Part shown: positions 20,466 through 33,189 of the stretch, piece after piece | Layout: each line of letters starts with the position of its first letter | How positions within the stretch are numbered: position 1 is the first letter of the stretch | Assembly: GCF_009914755.1 (NCBI RefSeq) | Contig: NC_060938.1 | Length of the DNA stretch: 64,000 bases | Source: the human T2T-CHM13v2.0 reference genome, Homo sapiens | Reading direction: 5' to 3' (one strand) | Program-made: the position numbers and the translations under genes | The notes under the pieces: model-generated | Databases searched by the model: none | Told to the model about the DNA's origin: nothing | The model's input: only the letters and a program-made list of their open reading frames with translations

Positions 20466-23045
20466 CACACTGAGCCACTGCAGGGCAGACCACAGCCCCC
20501 GAGAGTCTCTGGATCCAGAGTGCATGCTGAATGAGTTGTGAGTAAACCTATTTCCGCCAGCCTTTCGACACTACTTGTCACTGCAGCCTAACCTGGCCTA
20601 TCCTGACTAACAAGCACTCTTTCAGGGACACAGCTTGTGCCCTGTGTCCACAGCCCCAAATTCTTAGCAAAACACCTGCCACATGGGCATTTGGAGGTGC
20701 AGCTCAGAAGACACGAGGGGGAGGCAGCAGCAGCCTCTCAAACCCTCCCAGGAGGGACCCCAATCTCCAAATGCCAAGGCTTGACCTAAGTCTGCCTTTG
20801 CACAAACTGATCCCCCTGCCAGGCACCCTTCCTCAGCTGGCAAACTCCTGCCCACCCACCAAGAGCAGCTCAAGTGCCTTCCTCATCAAGAGGCAGGAAT
20901 AATGGCTTCCACTGAAGCCTGCTCCATGCTCAGCATCAGACCATGAGCCCCTCGAGGCCAAAGATGGCTCTTTATTTCAGCATCCCTGTGCCCCCTGCAG
21001 ACCCTGGGCCTGGCAGGCTCTCTGCAAACACTCCCCGAGTGCTGCCGGGTTCCTGGGCCAGGCTCCAGCCCCGTGTCACCCCTGCCCGCCTGCCCTGCGG
21101 CATCTTGGTTTACTTGCTGATTGTTTGGTAATTTGGATTTTCCTCCTATTAACAGTGCCAGAAACTGAAATGGCCCGATATAAAGACAACATACGAACAG
21201 AATTTTAAAGCCAGTACAAACATTTGAATTGTCTGGACAGCTCTAGGGAAGAACCAGATAAACTGGAAGCTGCCATGTGTCTTTTTTATTGAGTGGGGGC
21301 ATCTTTCCTTTGACTGGGGAGTCACCAACCACCTTACCTGAAGACCCTCCCCCCGACCGGGTGCCCCACCCAGGGGAGGCAGGCCGGCCCCAAAGTCCGG
21401 GCGCCCCTCAGTGCAGGCACAGCAGCCTGAGTCAGTACACTCCCTCAGACCCAGAACAGCTTCCAGGGGTGCCTGGAAGCAGCTTTTCCCAGTGAACAGG
21501 CACAAGAGAGAGACAGAGTGGGTGACCCACCTTTGGCACCTCCCGGAGAGGTCATCAGAGCTGCAGGGGCTGAAAGCAGCACAGGAACTGAGGTGCCTTT
21601 GAGACTCCCCTCCTCAGTTCAATTTTCAGGAAGGAGGAAGTGAGGCGAGGGCAGGAGATCACGCAAGGCAGTGTTCTGCCACATCCAAGGGGCCACCACT
21701 TCAGATCAGGAATCATCCTGACTTCTTGCTGATCACAAACGTTAAATCTATTCCCTTAATGGCTCTCGACATCCCCGCTTTTTAGTGTGGAAATTCTCGA
21801 CTTGAAATTGTTTTTGAGTCTTTTACTATCCCCTTGCAGGTGCGGTAATTTTTCTTTCCCCTAATTAGGGATGGGACCTAAATTGTGGGAAGCAGGGGAG
21901 TTGGCTGCTGGGAGAGGGAGGTAGTGGGGGGTGCTGGCAGGCTTGGTTCTAGCACCTCCTCCCCTCCCCGCTACCCCCACTCCCCCTCCTCCGTCAGCCA
22001 GCCAGCCTCAGGGCTAATGATTCAGTTGGTTCTCTTCACAGCAGCTTCTTAATCCCAAGAATGCAAAGTCATTTAGTATCAGCCTAATGAGCAAGGTAGG
22101 CTACTGCAGGAAGGGAGGCAGAAATTCCCGTGACATTTCCCTCCCTTGGACTCACTCGGGGAGGGAGAAGCCTGCTCAGGAAAGCCTGAATTGTTCTAGC
22201 ACCTATCCTCAAGGTACCCCACACTCCTAAAATAGCAGCATAAGTGTGTGTGTCCCCAGCCTGTGTCCTGGATGCTGACACTCTTTGAAAGGCTGTGTTC
22301 CAGAGGAGACCGAAAGACTTCACCCAAATTCTGCTGCCAACACTCCTTACCTGGCCTGAGGGCTGGGGGCAGCTCCTGGTCCCTGGATCCCAAGCCCTTA
22401 AAGTTTAGTTGTCTTTGCCCTGCTGCTGCACCTCCAACCACAGGCAGCGAGAGTTTCCTGGTCTGATTTTGGTCAAACATTTGCTGGGCTTCTCTGTCAC
22501 GCACTGGGCTGGCCTGGGACCAGAGGGGGACCCCAGACCGCAAACCCTGCCCCGAGATGCTAGCTGCCACAGGGCAGACCAGTGGGCTACATGCCATGCC
22601 CTCTGGCGGGTGTGCCACAGGCCCTTAAATAGCACAAACACCTGGGGGACAGCAGGAGGCACAGGGAAGTTTCAGTAGAGCTGCTGTGTGAGCCAGGCCC
22701 TGGAGGGGAGGGAGAGGGAGGCTGCCAGGGCACGCTAGAGAAGGCCTGCTAAGCACCAGGAGAAGCAAAGGCAAAGACCAGGTCATGGGCACTGGGGTTT
22801 CCTGGGGCCCCCCAGCCACAGGCATGAGTCAGCCCTGACCCCATCTCAGAAAACTTAAACCACAAGGCACCTTACTGGAGTATCTCCCTGGCCCCTCAGA
22901 TATTTTCGGGATGGCAGGTCAAAGGAAAGTCCCAAGGTGTCGGGTCACATGGGCTCTGGCCTTGACCTTGACCCTGACCCAGTCCCTCCCTTCTCAGTCA
23001 CAGATTCACCCACAAGCCCTAAGAAGAGCAGGGTAGGAGAAAACT

Positions 23046-23660
23046 GTATTCACTTCCCATTGCTGCTGTAACAAATCACAACAGTAGTGGCTAAAAACAA
23101 CACAAATGTATTATTCTCTTAGGGTTCTGAGGTCAGAGGCAGGCTTCCTTTTGGAGGCTCCAGGGAGAAATCGATTCCTCCGCTTTCTCTAGTTCTAAAG
23201 GCTGTCCACATTCCTTGGCTTGTGGCCACAACACCCCAACCTCTGCTTCCACTGTCACATCTCCTCTGGCCCTCCTGCCTCCTTGTAATTACACCAGGCC
23301 CACCCAGGTAATGCAGGAACATTTTCTATTTCAAGATGCCTCACTCCTTCACATCTGTAAGCCAAGAGCAGTGGCACATGCCTATAATCCCAGCTACTTG
23401 GGAGGCTAAGGCGAGAGGATCACTTGAGGCCGTGAGTTTGATGCTGCAGTGCGTTATGATCAGACCTGTGAATAGCCACTGCACTCCAGCCTGGGTGACA
23501 CAGTGAGACCCCCATCTCTGAAAAATAAAAATTTAAAAATCCCATCTGTAGTCATGTCATACCCTTTTACCATGTAAGGCAGCACACTCACAGGCTCTGA
23601 GGATTAGAACCTGCTGTCTTTGGTGGGGAGTGGCAGGGGCCTTACTTTGCCCACCACAAC
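23046..23660 (-). mobile_element. MLT1 (MaLR) solo LTR interrupted by an Alu monomer (~23363-23535, +)
   Basis: tgtatt...gctgctgtaacaaatcac...aaacaacacaaatgtattattctc...ttctgaggtcaga is a typical MLT1B/C terminus. Confidence 0.75.
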
Positions 23661-24309
23661 CCCAAGGCTCCCACAGCTCTGCCATCCCAGGATTCTCAGA
23701 CATCGCCTGGAAGCATTCATGTGTCAGGCAGGAATGAATGAGGACCTGTCAGGAGTTTGTAGGGGCCTTCAACAGTCAATGAGGAGTTGATGGGGAGGAG
23801 CACAGCACAGCTTTGCACGGTACCCGCAGATTCCCAAGGGGCACTGGGTACAGCCCAGCATGGCCGCAGGGGTCCCTGATGGGAATGGCGGGAAAGAAGC
23901 CCAGGGAAGGGATGTGGGGGAACTGGGTGCTGGAGACCAAAGGCTCCAGGCCTGGAAGCCTTGGCTGCAAACCGGGGAGCTGGGTGATAATTACTGACAC
24001 TTGGGCTCATCCTGAGGTCCATCAGAGGTGCCCAGGCACCTGACCCTAAAACAGGCAGCGCTTCATCGGCTACCCGAGAGACTCTCCAGTTTCAGAGAGG
24101 ATTCCAGGGGCCTGAGCACGACCCAAATAAATGAGAGGCTAACACCAGTAATCCCCGAGCTCTCTCGTTCCCCACCCAGGCCTGCTCTCCCTGTCCCAGG
24201 CAGAAACAGGGACAGACGAGGCAGTGGCGGGGCAGGATTTGTGAGTGCCAGGCACTTCGTCCCCCTCACACTGGATCTCAGCAACCACTGGGTGGGTACA
24301 ATGGTTGCA

Positions 24310-24789
24310 TCTTTTCTTTTTTGGTTTTGTTTTGTTTTTTTTTTTTTTTTGAGACAGGGTCTCCCTCTGTCACCCAGGCTAGAGTGCAGTGACACGATTT
24401 CGGCTCATTGCAGCCTTGACCTCCTGGGTTCAAGCAATTCTCCCGCGTTCAAGCAGGAGCTACTTGGCCACCCAAGTAGCTGGGACTACAGTCGTGCGCC
24501 ACCATACTCTGTTAATTTTTGTGTTTTTAGGAGAGACGGGGTTTTGCCATGGTGACCAGGCTGGTCTCGAACTCCCAACATCAAGTGATCTGCCTGCCTT
24601 GGCCCCCCAAAGTGCTAGGATTACAGGCATGAGCCTCTGCACCAGGCCTCTTTTTTTATTTTTTGTAGAGACAGGGTCTCACTATGTTGCCCAGTAGGTT
24701 GCTGGTCTCAAACTCCCAGGCTCAAGCAATCCTCCCGCCTTGGCCTCCCAGAGTGCTGGGATTACAGATGTGAGCCACCGCGCCTGGCC
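24310..24789 (-). mobile_element. AluJ-like dimer plus adjacent monomer
   Basis: Antisense Alu sequence with T-rich heads. Confidence 0.9.
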
Positions 24790-27700
24790 TGTCACCTCTT
24801 TTCAAGTGGGGAAATTCAGAGCAGTTCAGTATCCTGACCAAAGACTCACAGCAGGTAAGAAGCAGAACCACAATCTAAACCCATCCAAATACCAGTAATT
24901 CCCAGGCTCCCTTACTCCCCACCCAGGCCCGCTCTCCCCAAATCTGTCAGGAAACCCTCCTCATCCCACAGCACTGTGTGACTTCCTGGGGAGAAAGGGG
25001 ACCTGTGTGATGGTGGGGGGCCCACCGGGTCTGTTGGGGATGAGGCTCTGGGATTTCTGGAACAGGGTTGTTCTGGACAGAGCTGCCTCTCCACCCAACC
25101 ACCTGCTGCCCTAATCCTCCCTCAGAACCTTGACCCCAGGAGGCCAAAAGGATGGATGCCATTGCCCCAGGGGCCCCAAGACCTGAGGAGCAGCCCCTGA
25201 GCAGGCCTGCAGTGAAGGGCCCGGAAGGCACTTCCTAAGGTCCAGCCTCTGGCATGTCAGGATGCTGTGGGGTAGACACGCCCTGGGTCAATCCAGCCCA
25301 GAAGCCGGGGGAGCCAGCACCCTGTTCCTCCCCTCTCCACACGGTTGACAGTCCTGTCCAATATCAAACCTTCCAGGCAGAAGGAACCCTTCCTATGAAG
25401 TAGATTTCAGCTCAACCATAGGAAGAGGTTGCTGGCTTCCATAGGAAGGCAGTCAAGAGGTGATGAGCACCCCGTGACAAGAAGGATTCAAGCAGATGCC
25501 AGATGCCCACAGGCAGGGAAGAGAGGCCAATCTGTGGGGAAGGCAGTAGGGCTAATGTTTTAGGAGCCCTACCCCACCTCTAAAGGGTTCCACCAATGAG
25601 ACAGAAATCAGCTGGGTCACAGGACTGCAGCTCATGAGAATGGTATGTCAGCTGGGTCTCTGGAGGAGGTGAGAATGAGCCTGGGGCCTCAGAGGACCCC
25701 AGTGCCAAGAGTCAGTCTCAGAGCCAGCTCTCGGCAGGCGGGCACAGCCCCCATCTTCTTCCTGCCGGCCTCCAGGCCTGTCAGGCTCTGCAGCTGGGAG
25801 CCATGGCTACAGTCCCCAAACAGCTGGAATAATCCCTCAGAGCCCCATGCAGGGGGTCACAGCTGCCACCAAGCCAAAGCCAAGAGCCAGGACCCTGGGC
25901 ATTAGAGAGAAATGTCAAAAGAAGGATGCAGAATTCCAGAAGAGCGGAAGAACTGAGGCCAGCACAGGCAGGGCTTCCCACTCCCTGAGACACACAGCTC
26001 TGCGGTGCAGGCCACCAGGCGGTCTCCCTGCTGTCCCTGCACACACACTCTGCACCTTCTGCATCTGAAACATGGCTCATCACCCCCCAGCCCCTGCCCA
26101 GACTCACCCCCTGGGCTTCCCTCACCCCCACCACTTGGGCCTCTGCAGCAGGTGCACACCTCCTCACCCAGCAAGTCTCGCCCCATCTGTTCCTAGCACA
26201 CTGGGCTTCCTGCCGTGCCCCACAGGTCGGTTCTTTCACACTTCTGACCACCTGCCCATGCTGTCCGCCCCTGGAACGCCCCCATCCCTGCCTACCATGC
26301 ACAACATGGAAGCCTCTTCCTCGCACCATCCTCTCAGAGGGCGGTCCAAGAGGAAGGACACAGAGGAACCCAGGGTGTTGGAAAGGGTGGTCAGATCGAG
26401 ACCTGAAGGGCCAGCACATGGTATATTCTCCTGACCTGAATGCCTCCCGTGTGAAGGACAATCCACAGAGTCCACTTCGTGCCAACCCTAAATGTCCAGC
26501 CCGTATCCCTGACTGGTGTGCTAGCCACCATCCTGGAGAAACCCTACTTGTCAGGATCAGAGCTCAAGATAGAGAGGAATGAGCCCCATTTGCAGGGGGT
26601 GGGCAACGGGGGCTTTTCTTTTCTTTTTTTGGCCAGCGTTTTCTGGAACTAAATTCCTCCTGATGAGGAATAAAACTCCAGGGACAGGAGGAATGTCTGG
26701 GGACCTGAGGGATAAGACTATTCCTGTGCCAGTTTGGTTACCTGGGCCAAGAAATGTATTTTTTTTTTCTTTTTGCTTAAACTCATCTGAATTGGATTTT
26801 CTGCCACTTGCATTCACAAGAGCCCTGGCTGCTTCAATGTCCAAATCGAAACGCTACACTCCATCATTTCCATCACCAACCTGCGCCTCCAGTCTTGAAA
26901 ACGGACTCATCCTGTAGCCAAGCCAGAGGCCCCCATCATCCTCCCCTGCTCTTCCTCCTCATCCCTTCCTCCGCAATCACCATGGAAAGGTTTCCCTGGG
27001 GCTTGCAGGCAGCCAAGGGCCAGTGGTCCCTCTCCCAGGGAGATGGCTCACCGTGTGCTGGAAGGAAAGGCAGGAAGAGGAAGGCAGATGGCCTCTCAGC
27101 TGAAGAGGGAAAAAGAGAATCCCCAATAACACTAGCTGGCTGATTGCATATAATTATGAAGAGAAAAAGTTCTTTAAAATTAGCTTCCCAAATACAGATA
27201 TAATTTCAAGTGTCCCTTGTGGTGTGATTACAGCGTCAGCCCAACAAATGTTTTCCCGTCAGTACAGAATACTCAGGCCCCTGCAGGCAAAAAATAATGA
27301 AGCCAACAACGGCGCCAGGGCCAGACAGCTCCCACAGAAGCACTTCCAGCTGCCCAGGAAAGCACCAGGCCAGGAAGCCCAGCCCAGAACCAGTCTTGCT
27401 CCCCTCCACAGCTGGCCTCGGGCTCTTCCCAAGAAGGCACCAGGCACATCATTCTTCATTCTCTCTTTTTAATCTTCAGGGCCTTTGATATTCAGACTCA
27501 AATGCCAAGAGCAACCAGCTCATGTCAACAAGGATGGCTTCACTTGCTGTGTGCCTCCTACGCCGAGTGCTGGGCTCTACACCTCGGTTTTCCGGCCTGG
27601 AAAATAGCACGGTGGCTGGGCATGTAACTCAGGACACTGCCAGAGGGTGGAATGAATGAGGCTGGCACATAGTGGCATCCAGTCAGTGTCACCAGCTCCT

Positions 27701-28554
27701 CCCCGCCTCCCATTTAACCTCAGTCTTCAGGTGTGGCACCTGAAGCTCAGACAGGCTCCAGGAGCCATGCAGCTAGTCATAGAAGAGCAAGGAGGCAAAC
27801 CTAGCTCTGCCAGGTCCAGACTCCATGCTCTTGTCACACTGGGTCCTTGCTGGGCGTGAGGGATGACGGGAGGCGCCACTCCTGGGCAGCACTGGCAGGC
27901 CGGGTGCACTCGGACCTCAGCTGCTGCTCGGCCCTCTTCAGGACCCTGGGTTTGAGCCTTGATTTTAAAGCACCACAGGCTCTGGCACGGTGTCCAACCC
28001 CATGACTCCCCTGTCCCCCAGGCTCTCCACCTCATTCCCCACTTTTTACACAGAAGAGAGCCCAAGAACCCTTTTATAAGCAAGGCCCAGAACTGAGAGG
28101 GACTTATCTGAGGTCACAGAGAAGTCAAGGGGAGATTAACACACTGTCACCAGGCACCCACGCTAAGCCCAGCATGGGGAGGGTGGGCACACTGGCATTC
28201 GCAGCCTCCACCAGCACCCATGGAAAGGCTACCACAGCCCCACGCCAAAGATGCAAAATCGAGGCTCAGGGTCCCCTACAAGGACCAGAGTGCCAGGATT
28301 TTCCATCCAGGCCTCCTGACCCCCAGACCTGAGGTCCTTACGGCACCACGGAAGCCTGGAGCAGGAAGCCAGGCGCTCTGACTCCCAGGTCACATCAAGC
28401 ACATGTCAGCACATGGCTACACGGGCCTTGACATGGGTGAGGGAGGACAGCATGCCAGCCCCCAAAGCAGGCCTGACCCACTGCCTGGAAACAGAGCTCG
28501 CCAGGTGGCAGTGCAGCCAGGCTGGGACCAGAAGGGAATGATGAAGAACCCTCA

Positions 28555-28720
28555 GCCAGCACTGGCCCTCAACGGAGCAATTTTACCCCCCACCCAGAGG
28601 ACATCTGGAAGTACCTGCAGACATTCTTGGAAGACGAGAGTAGTACTGGCATCCAGTAGGTGGAGGCCAGGGATGCCGTTGGGCACAGCTGTGGGGAACC
28701 CAGCCAAAGCTGGGCCTAAT
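28555..28720. mobile_element. MER20-like fragment
   Basis: gcaattttaccccc...ggacatctgg...tactggcatccagtaggtggaggccagggatgc matches the MER20 pattern. Confidence 0.65.
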
Positions 28721-29536
28721 GTGGTCCTGGCTGATGTCCACTGGGTCAGCCAAGCTTCCACCCCACGACAGCCAGGGCACCCTCTGCCCAGCCCCACTGC
28801 ATTCGACTCAGCCTCCAGGCACCAGGAGACTCCAGCACGGCAGGGCCCAGGCCAGGGGGCTGGGCTGAAGAGCGCACTCCCCTGCCTCAGCCGAACCCAC
28901 CAGCCACAGACTCACCCACCCTCCAGCCACGGCGCGTGCCTCCAGGGTGCCCCAGACCATAATAGTCTTTCCCTAGAGGAACCTCTGTCCCAGATCCGAC
29001 TGCTGCTTCACTTGGTCTTCACAATGACGCCCCCAGCTCTCCATACACTCATTACCACATGACCCCTCATGACCAGGATGGCTACTCAACAAGCAGGATG
29101 CCGTTCTGTGACCAAGTCCAGGCCTGCATGGGCTCAACACCCATCTGCTGACAGCACAACGGCAAATACCCAACCTGTGGGGCAGACACGACCCACACCT
29201 ACATGGACACGGCAGAAAGGACAAAGGACAGGGTCCACAGGGTTCTAGGGCCTCCAAGGGCAGAGATGGGGTGTGCAGGCTGCCCTGTGGAGCCCAGCTC
29301 TCTGCCCTGCCCCAGCGGCCAGGCCGTTTCGGCCCTTTGTGTTATAACTGCACTAGTCCTCAAGCCGCCCCTGGCGTGGGGTGATGTAGCCCTCCTCCCA
29401 GTCAGAAGTCTGAGTGCTCCGACATCATCTCCTCTTCCCCCGCTCCCCAACCTCCCCTTCCTCATGAAGTCAGGCCTTGACCTCAGTCCTTTCTTCCCCC
29501 CTCAGCCCTGCGCTGAGGTCAACAGGTTCCCTAAAC

Positions 29537-29690
29537 CAGTGTTTGCAAACATGAATGTGCCGTGTGTACTGGCACCTCTTGGGGGTCTTGTTAAAACACA
29601 GATTCTGAGTCCGTGGATACAGAGGGCGTGGCGATGCTGAGGAACCAGGAGTGCTGAGGCCACCGGCCCCATACAGACAACATCCTGAGT
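29537..29690. mobile_element. MER5-like fragment
   Basis: cagtgtttgcaaac...cttgttaaaacacagattctg resembles MER5A. Confidence 0.5.
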
Positions 29691-31569
29691 AGTCGAGGAA
29701 TAGCCGAGGTTGCTAATGAGTCCTCAGACCTGGATGGACTCTGAAGAGTTGATATCCACCACCACTGCACGATCTAGACCACCACTGCCTGGACAATCGC
29801 AGCAGCCTCCCCCTCCAATCCCACAAGCCCCTGGCTTCCACCCAGCAGCCAACCTCACACAACTGCTATGGCTCCCCCAGCCTTCAGGGCAAAGCCCAAG
29901 CGTGTACAATGATGGCTTATAGGATCCTGTGCAACCCGGCCTCAAAGGGATCCTCACCCCGATTGCCAAGCTCCAGGTGGACTAAACTTCTCTCAGCTCC
30001 TGGGGCGCTCCAGCCAGGCCCCCACCGCCTCGGCTCCACCGCTCCCGGGAGAAGGGAGGGTCTGGGGGCATCCCAGCTCTTACACCTGGGTGGTCTAGCA
30101 GAGGTTAGTTAACCTCTGTGAGGAGCCTCAGTTTCCTCCTCCGTTCTACCCGAGGATATGCGGGGCCTCCTCCTCCTCTCTCTTCCCTGCCTAGAGCAGT
30201 TCCTTGGAGCAGGGGATTGGAGGACAGACACTGGCAGGTGGCTGCCCTGTGGGTGACTTAAGAATAAGACAGAAGGAAGCAAGAAGCAGAGCTGAATCAC
30301 CGTCGGTATGGGCTTTTCTGAAAACTCACCTATGCCCATGGCTCAGAGGAGGCTGAGAGGGAACGTCCTCCACAGGCCAGCCTAGGATGTCTCCCCCAGA
30401 CCAGCAAGCAGTGCCAGCTGCACACCACCCATACAGCTAAGTCACCAAGGAGCTGTCAGCTGGACGTGGCCCCTGGGAGCCGGGTGAAGCCATCATTTTA
30501 TCAGTGCATGCCCTGTGCTGGGTGCTAGACACAGACTCCTCATCTCCCCTCACACCAGCCCTACGATCATCTCCCTGGCGGAAGCTTAGGGACACTCAAT
30601 GACCTCCCAGGGCCACCAAGCTTCCCAGTGAGGCAGCCAGGCCCCAAGCCGGTGAGCCCACCGGCTCCACGTTCTTCACCACTTGACGAGCATGTGTCCA
30701 CACCTGGCAGTCACAGCGTGGGGACGGGACCCACTGCAGGCACAGGGAGAGGCAGGGGTGTTCCTCCCACAGCCAGCCCACTGCTTCCTAGAGGCTCTCA
30801 GCCCAGGCTTCCAGGGGCTCCCCACAGCCACCCATCTGCACCGGCCCTACATGCCCAGAGTCCGTGTTGAAGGACTCCTGGCTCCACAGCGTCACGCCTT
30901 GGCACAGGCTTGCCCGCTTTCTCCACTACCTTCCATCCATACCTGTCCGTGAGCGAGCTCCCTGCGCCCTCAAACATACCTCTCAAGGGTCACCACCTGT
31001 GGAAAGCTTTCTTCCATCTTCCCAGATAGAGAAACTTGCTCTGTTCCTCGAGCAGAGTTCATCTAACACTTCACCTCCTGTCTCTGTCTCCGCACCAACT
31101 GGGCTCCCGGGGTGCAGGAGGAACTCGGTGCTCCAGCACCCCGCATGGTGTCTGAAACCCAGACCACAGCACCACCTACATACCACCACCACCACCACAG
31201 TAATACCATCTACCGCTGATTGGGGCCTACGATGAGTTATTTGTAGTAATTGTAAATAAATCTAGCAGGCAGTGAACTATGGAACTTTATACCATTAATA
31301 ATTATTTCAACTGACACACCAACCACAGAAGTTAAGAAGTGCTTTTTTTATCCTACAGACAAAGAAACAGGCTCAGAGAAGCTCGCTAACTTGCTAGACA
31401 GGAGCAGAAGCAAGTTTGACCCAGTCCCTCCAATTCCAAAGCCAGCTTCTGGGCCCTGTGGCAGGCAGCTGGAGGGATGGGAAGTAATGAAGCCGCTCCA
31501 GGACACAGTCACACTTATCAGCACCACCCAAAGCTTTTAAAAGGGTCACCTAGAGTCACGGACTAGGTT

Positions 31570-31947
31570 TTTTTTTTTTTTTTTTAATAAATTCAACTTT
31601 TATCTTAGATTCAGGGGTACATGTGCAGGTTTGTTACAAGTATAATGTGTGACACTGAGGTTTGGAGTATGAATGATCTCATCACCCAGGTACTGAGCAT
31701 AGTACCCAATGGGTAGTTTTTCAGCCCTTGCCCCCCTCTCCCATTTCCCCCTCTAGTAGTCCCCAGTGTTGACTCTTCCCATCTTTGTGTCCATATATAC
31801 CCAAGGTTTAGTTCCCATCTATAAGTAAGAACATGAAACATTTGGTTTTCTGTTCCTGCGTTAATTTGCTTAGGATAATGGCCTCCAGCTGCATCCATGT
31901 TGCTGCAAAGGATGGGGTTGTGTTCTTTTTCATGGCTGAGTAGTATT
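31570..31947 (-). mobile_element. 5'-truncated L1 (L1PB/old L1PA-type) 3' end with target-site duplication
   Basis: Poly-T then ggggtacatgtgcaggtttgttac...ggataatggcctccagctgcatccatgttgctgcaaagg. TSD tcacggacta(g/t)gtt at 31556-31569 and 31948-31961. Confidence 0.9.
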
Positions 31948-32711
31948 TCACGGACTATGTTGTGGGGTAATTTGATGAGAGCCTTTGCCTTCTACCTCCT
32001 GTAAAATAATCTCAAACTGCATGCTGGGGCCTGGAAAGCGCTGAGAAACCTGGCCCTGCCTGCTTCCTCACGGCCCTGTCCTCCCAGGCCTTGCCCCGGC
32101 CACGTCCTCCAACCACAGCTCACCAACACACCAAGCTCCGGCTCCCTCCTGTGCCCCTGGGGCCTCTGCACTTGCTAAACCCGCTTCCCCTGCCTGAGAT
32201 GCCGCAGCCCCAGCTTTCTGCGACTGACTCCTTTCTGACCTGTCAGCAGCAGCCACAGCTCTCTCCTTGGGAAAGGTCTTCTCTGACTATGTGAGGACAG
32301 TCCCCAGACCCCTTCATATCACTGTCATCACTTCATTTTCCGATCCCAGATAAAATCATCCCTGTAACTCACTGGTTGACATGTCTGTACCCTCCCTATA
32401 GCCCTCACAGACTAAAGCTCCAAATGACAAGACCTTGTCCATCTTGGCCATCACTTGGCCACATGCACCACGAGGCCTGGCACGGAGGGAGGCCAATAGA
32501 TGCCTGTAAACAGCTCTGCAGAGGATGCAGGAGTTGTTCTAATGAAGAAACACACACGAAGAACAACAACAGGAAATCCTGGGTCTGGATGCAATCTGGA
32601 AACAACACAGGCACCCAGCAGCACAAGGAGAAGGAGAGAGCGCAGGAGCTAGTCCTGGCTGCAGATTCACCGCTGGTTTCCCCACTGAAAATCCCAAGGG
32701 CTCTCCCAGTT

Positions 32712-32750
32712 GGAATGTTCAAGAATGTAGGGGCTCGAATGTTCTAGAAT
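32712..32750. promoter_or_regulatory. Two perfect heat-shock elements (nGAAnnTTCnnGAAn) in a 24-bp tandem duplication
   Basis: gGAAtgTTCaaGAAt (32712-32726) and cGAAtgTTCtaGAAt (32736-32750). Confidence 0.55.
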
Positions 32751-33189
32751 GTAGGGGCTCCAATGTTCTAACCTCCTCTTCCAGCTGAGAAAAATGAACT
32801 TCATCATGGAGGTGGGGGATTGCCACAAAGATAACACCAGGCCCCAATCCAGGAACAAAACTTCCCACCACCACACAGGACACTGACGTCACCGAGTCCC
32901 TTGGTCAGTCACCCACAGAGCCTTCCCTCTGTAAGCAAAAGCCAAGTTCCTGAAGAACCAGGACTGACAATACCTGGGTCGGTAGAGCTGGGCACACAGC
33001 GGACACTTCGAAAAGCTTTCTGAATGATGACAGTTGTTCCTTATGAACCCGACTTCTCCGCCCCTCCCCATACCCAGCCCAGCACCAGCTGGGCACCTGC
33101 CAGGTACTAATTTGGGAAAGGTCTATGGGCTGCCGGCCAACGCGCAGACCCGGATCACACACTCTGTGTGCAGACATGTTCCCAGGGCT

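Noticed and set aside
25781-26485. 234-aa minus-strand ORF
   Set aside because: Non-ATG start, no recognisable homology, no clear splice signals linking it to ITPK1.
26650-26700. CTGATGAG within a short inverted repeat, resembling a hammerhead ribozyme core
   Set aside because: No GAAA follows the putative stem II, and stems I/III cannot be formed.
28403-29062. 219-aa ATG-initiated plus-strand ORF
   Set aside because: Runs through a MER20-like fragment; composition is typical of non-coding GC-rich sequence.
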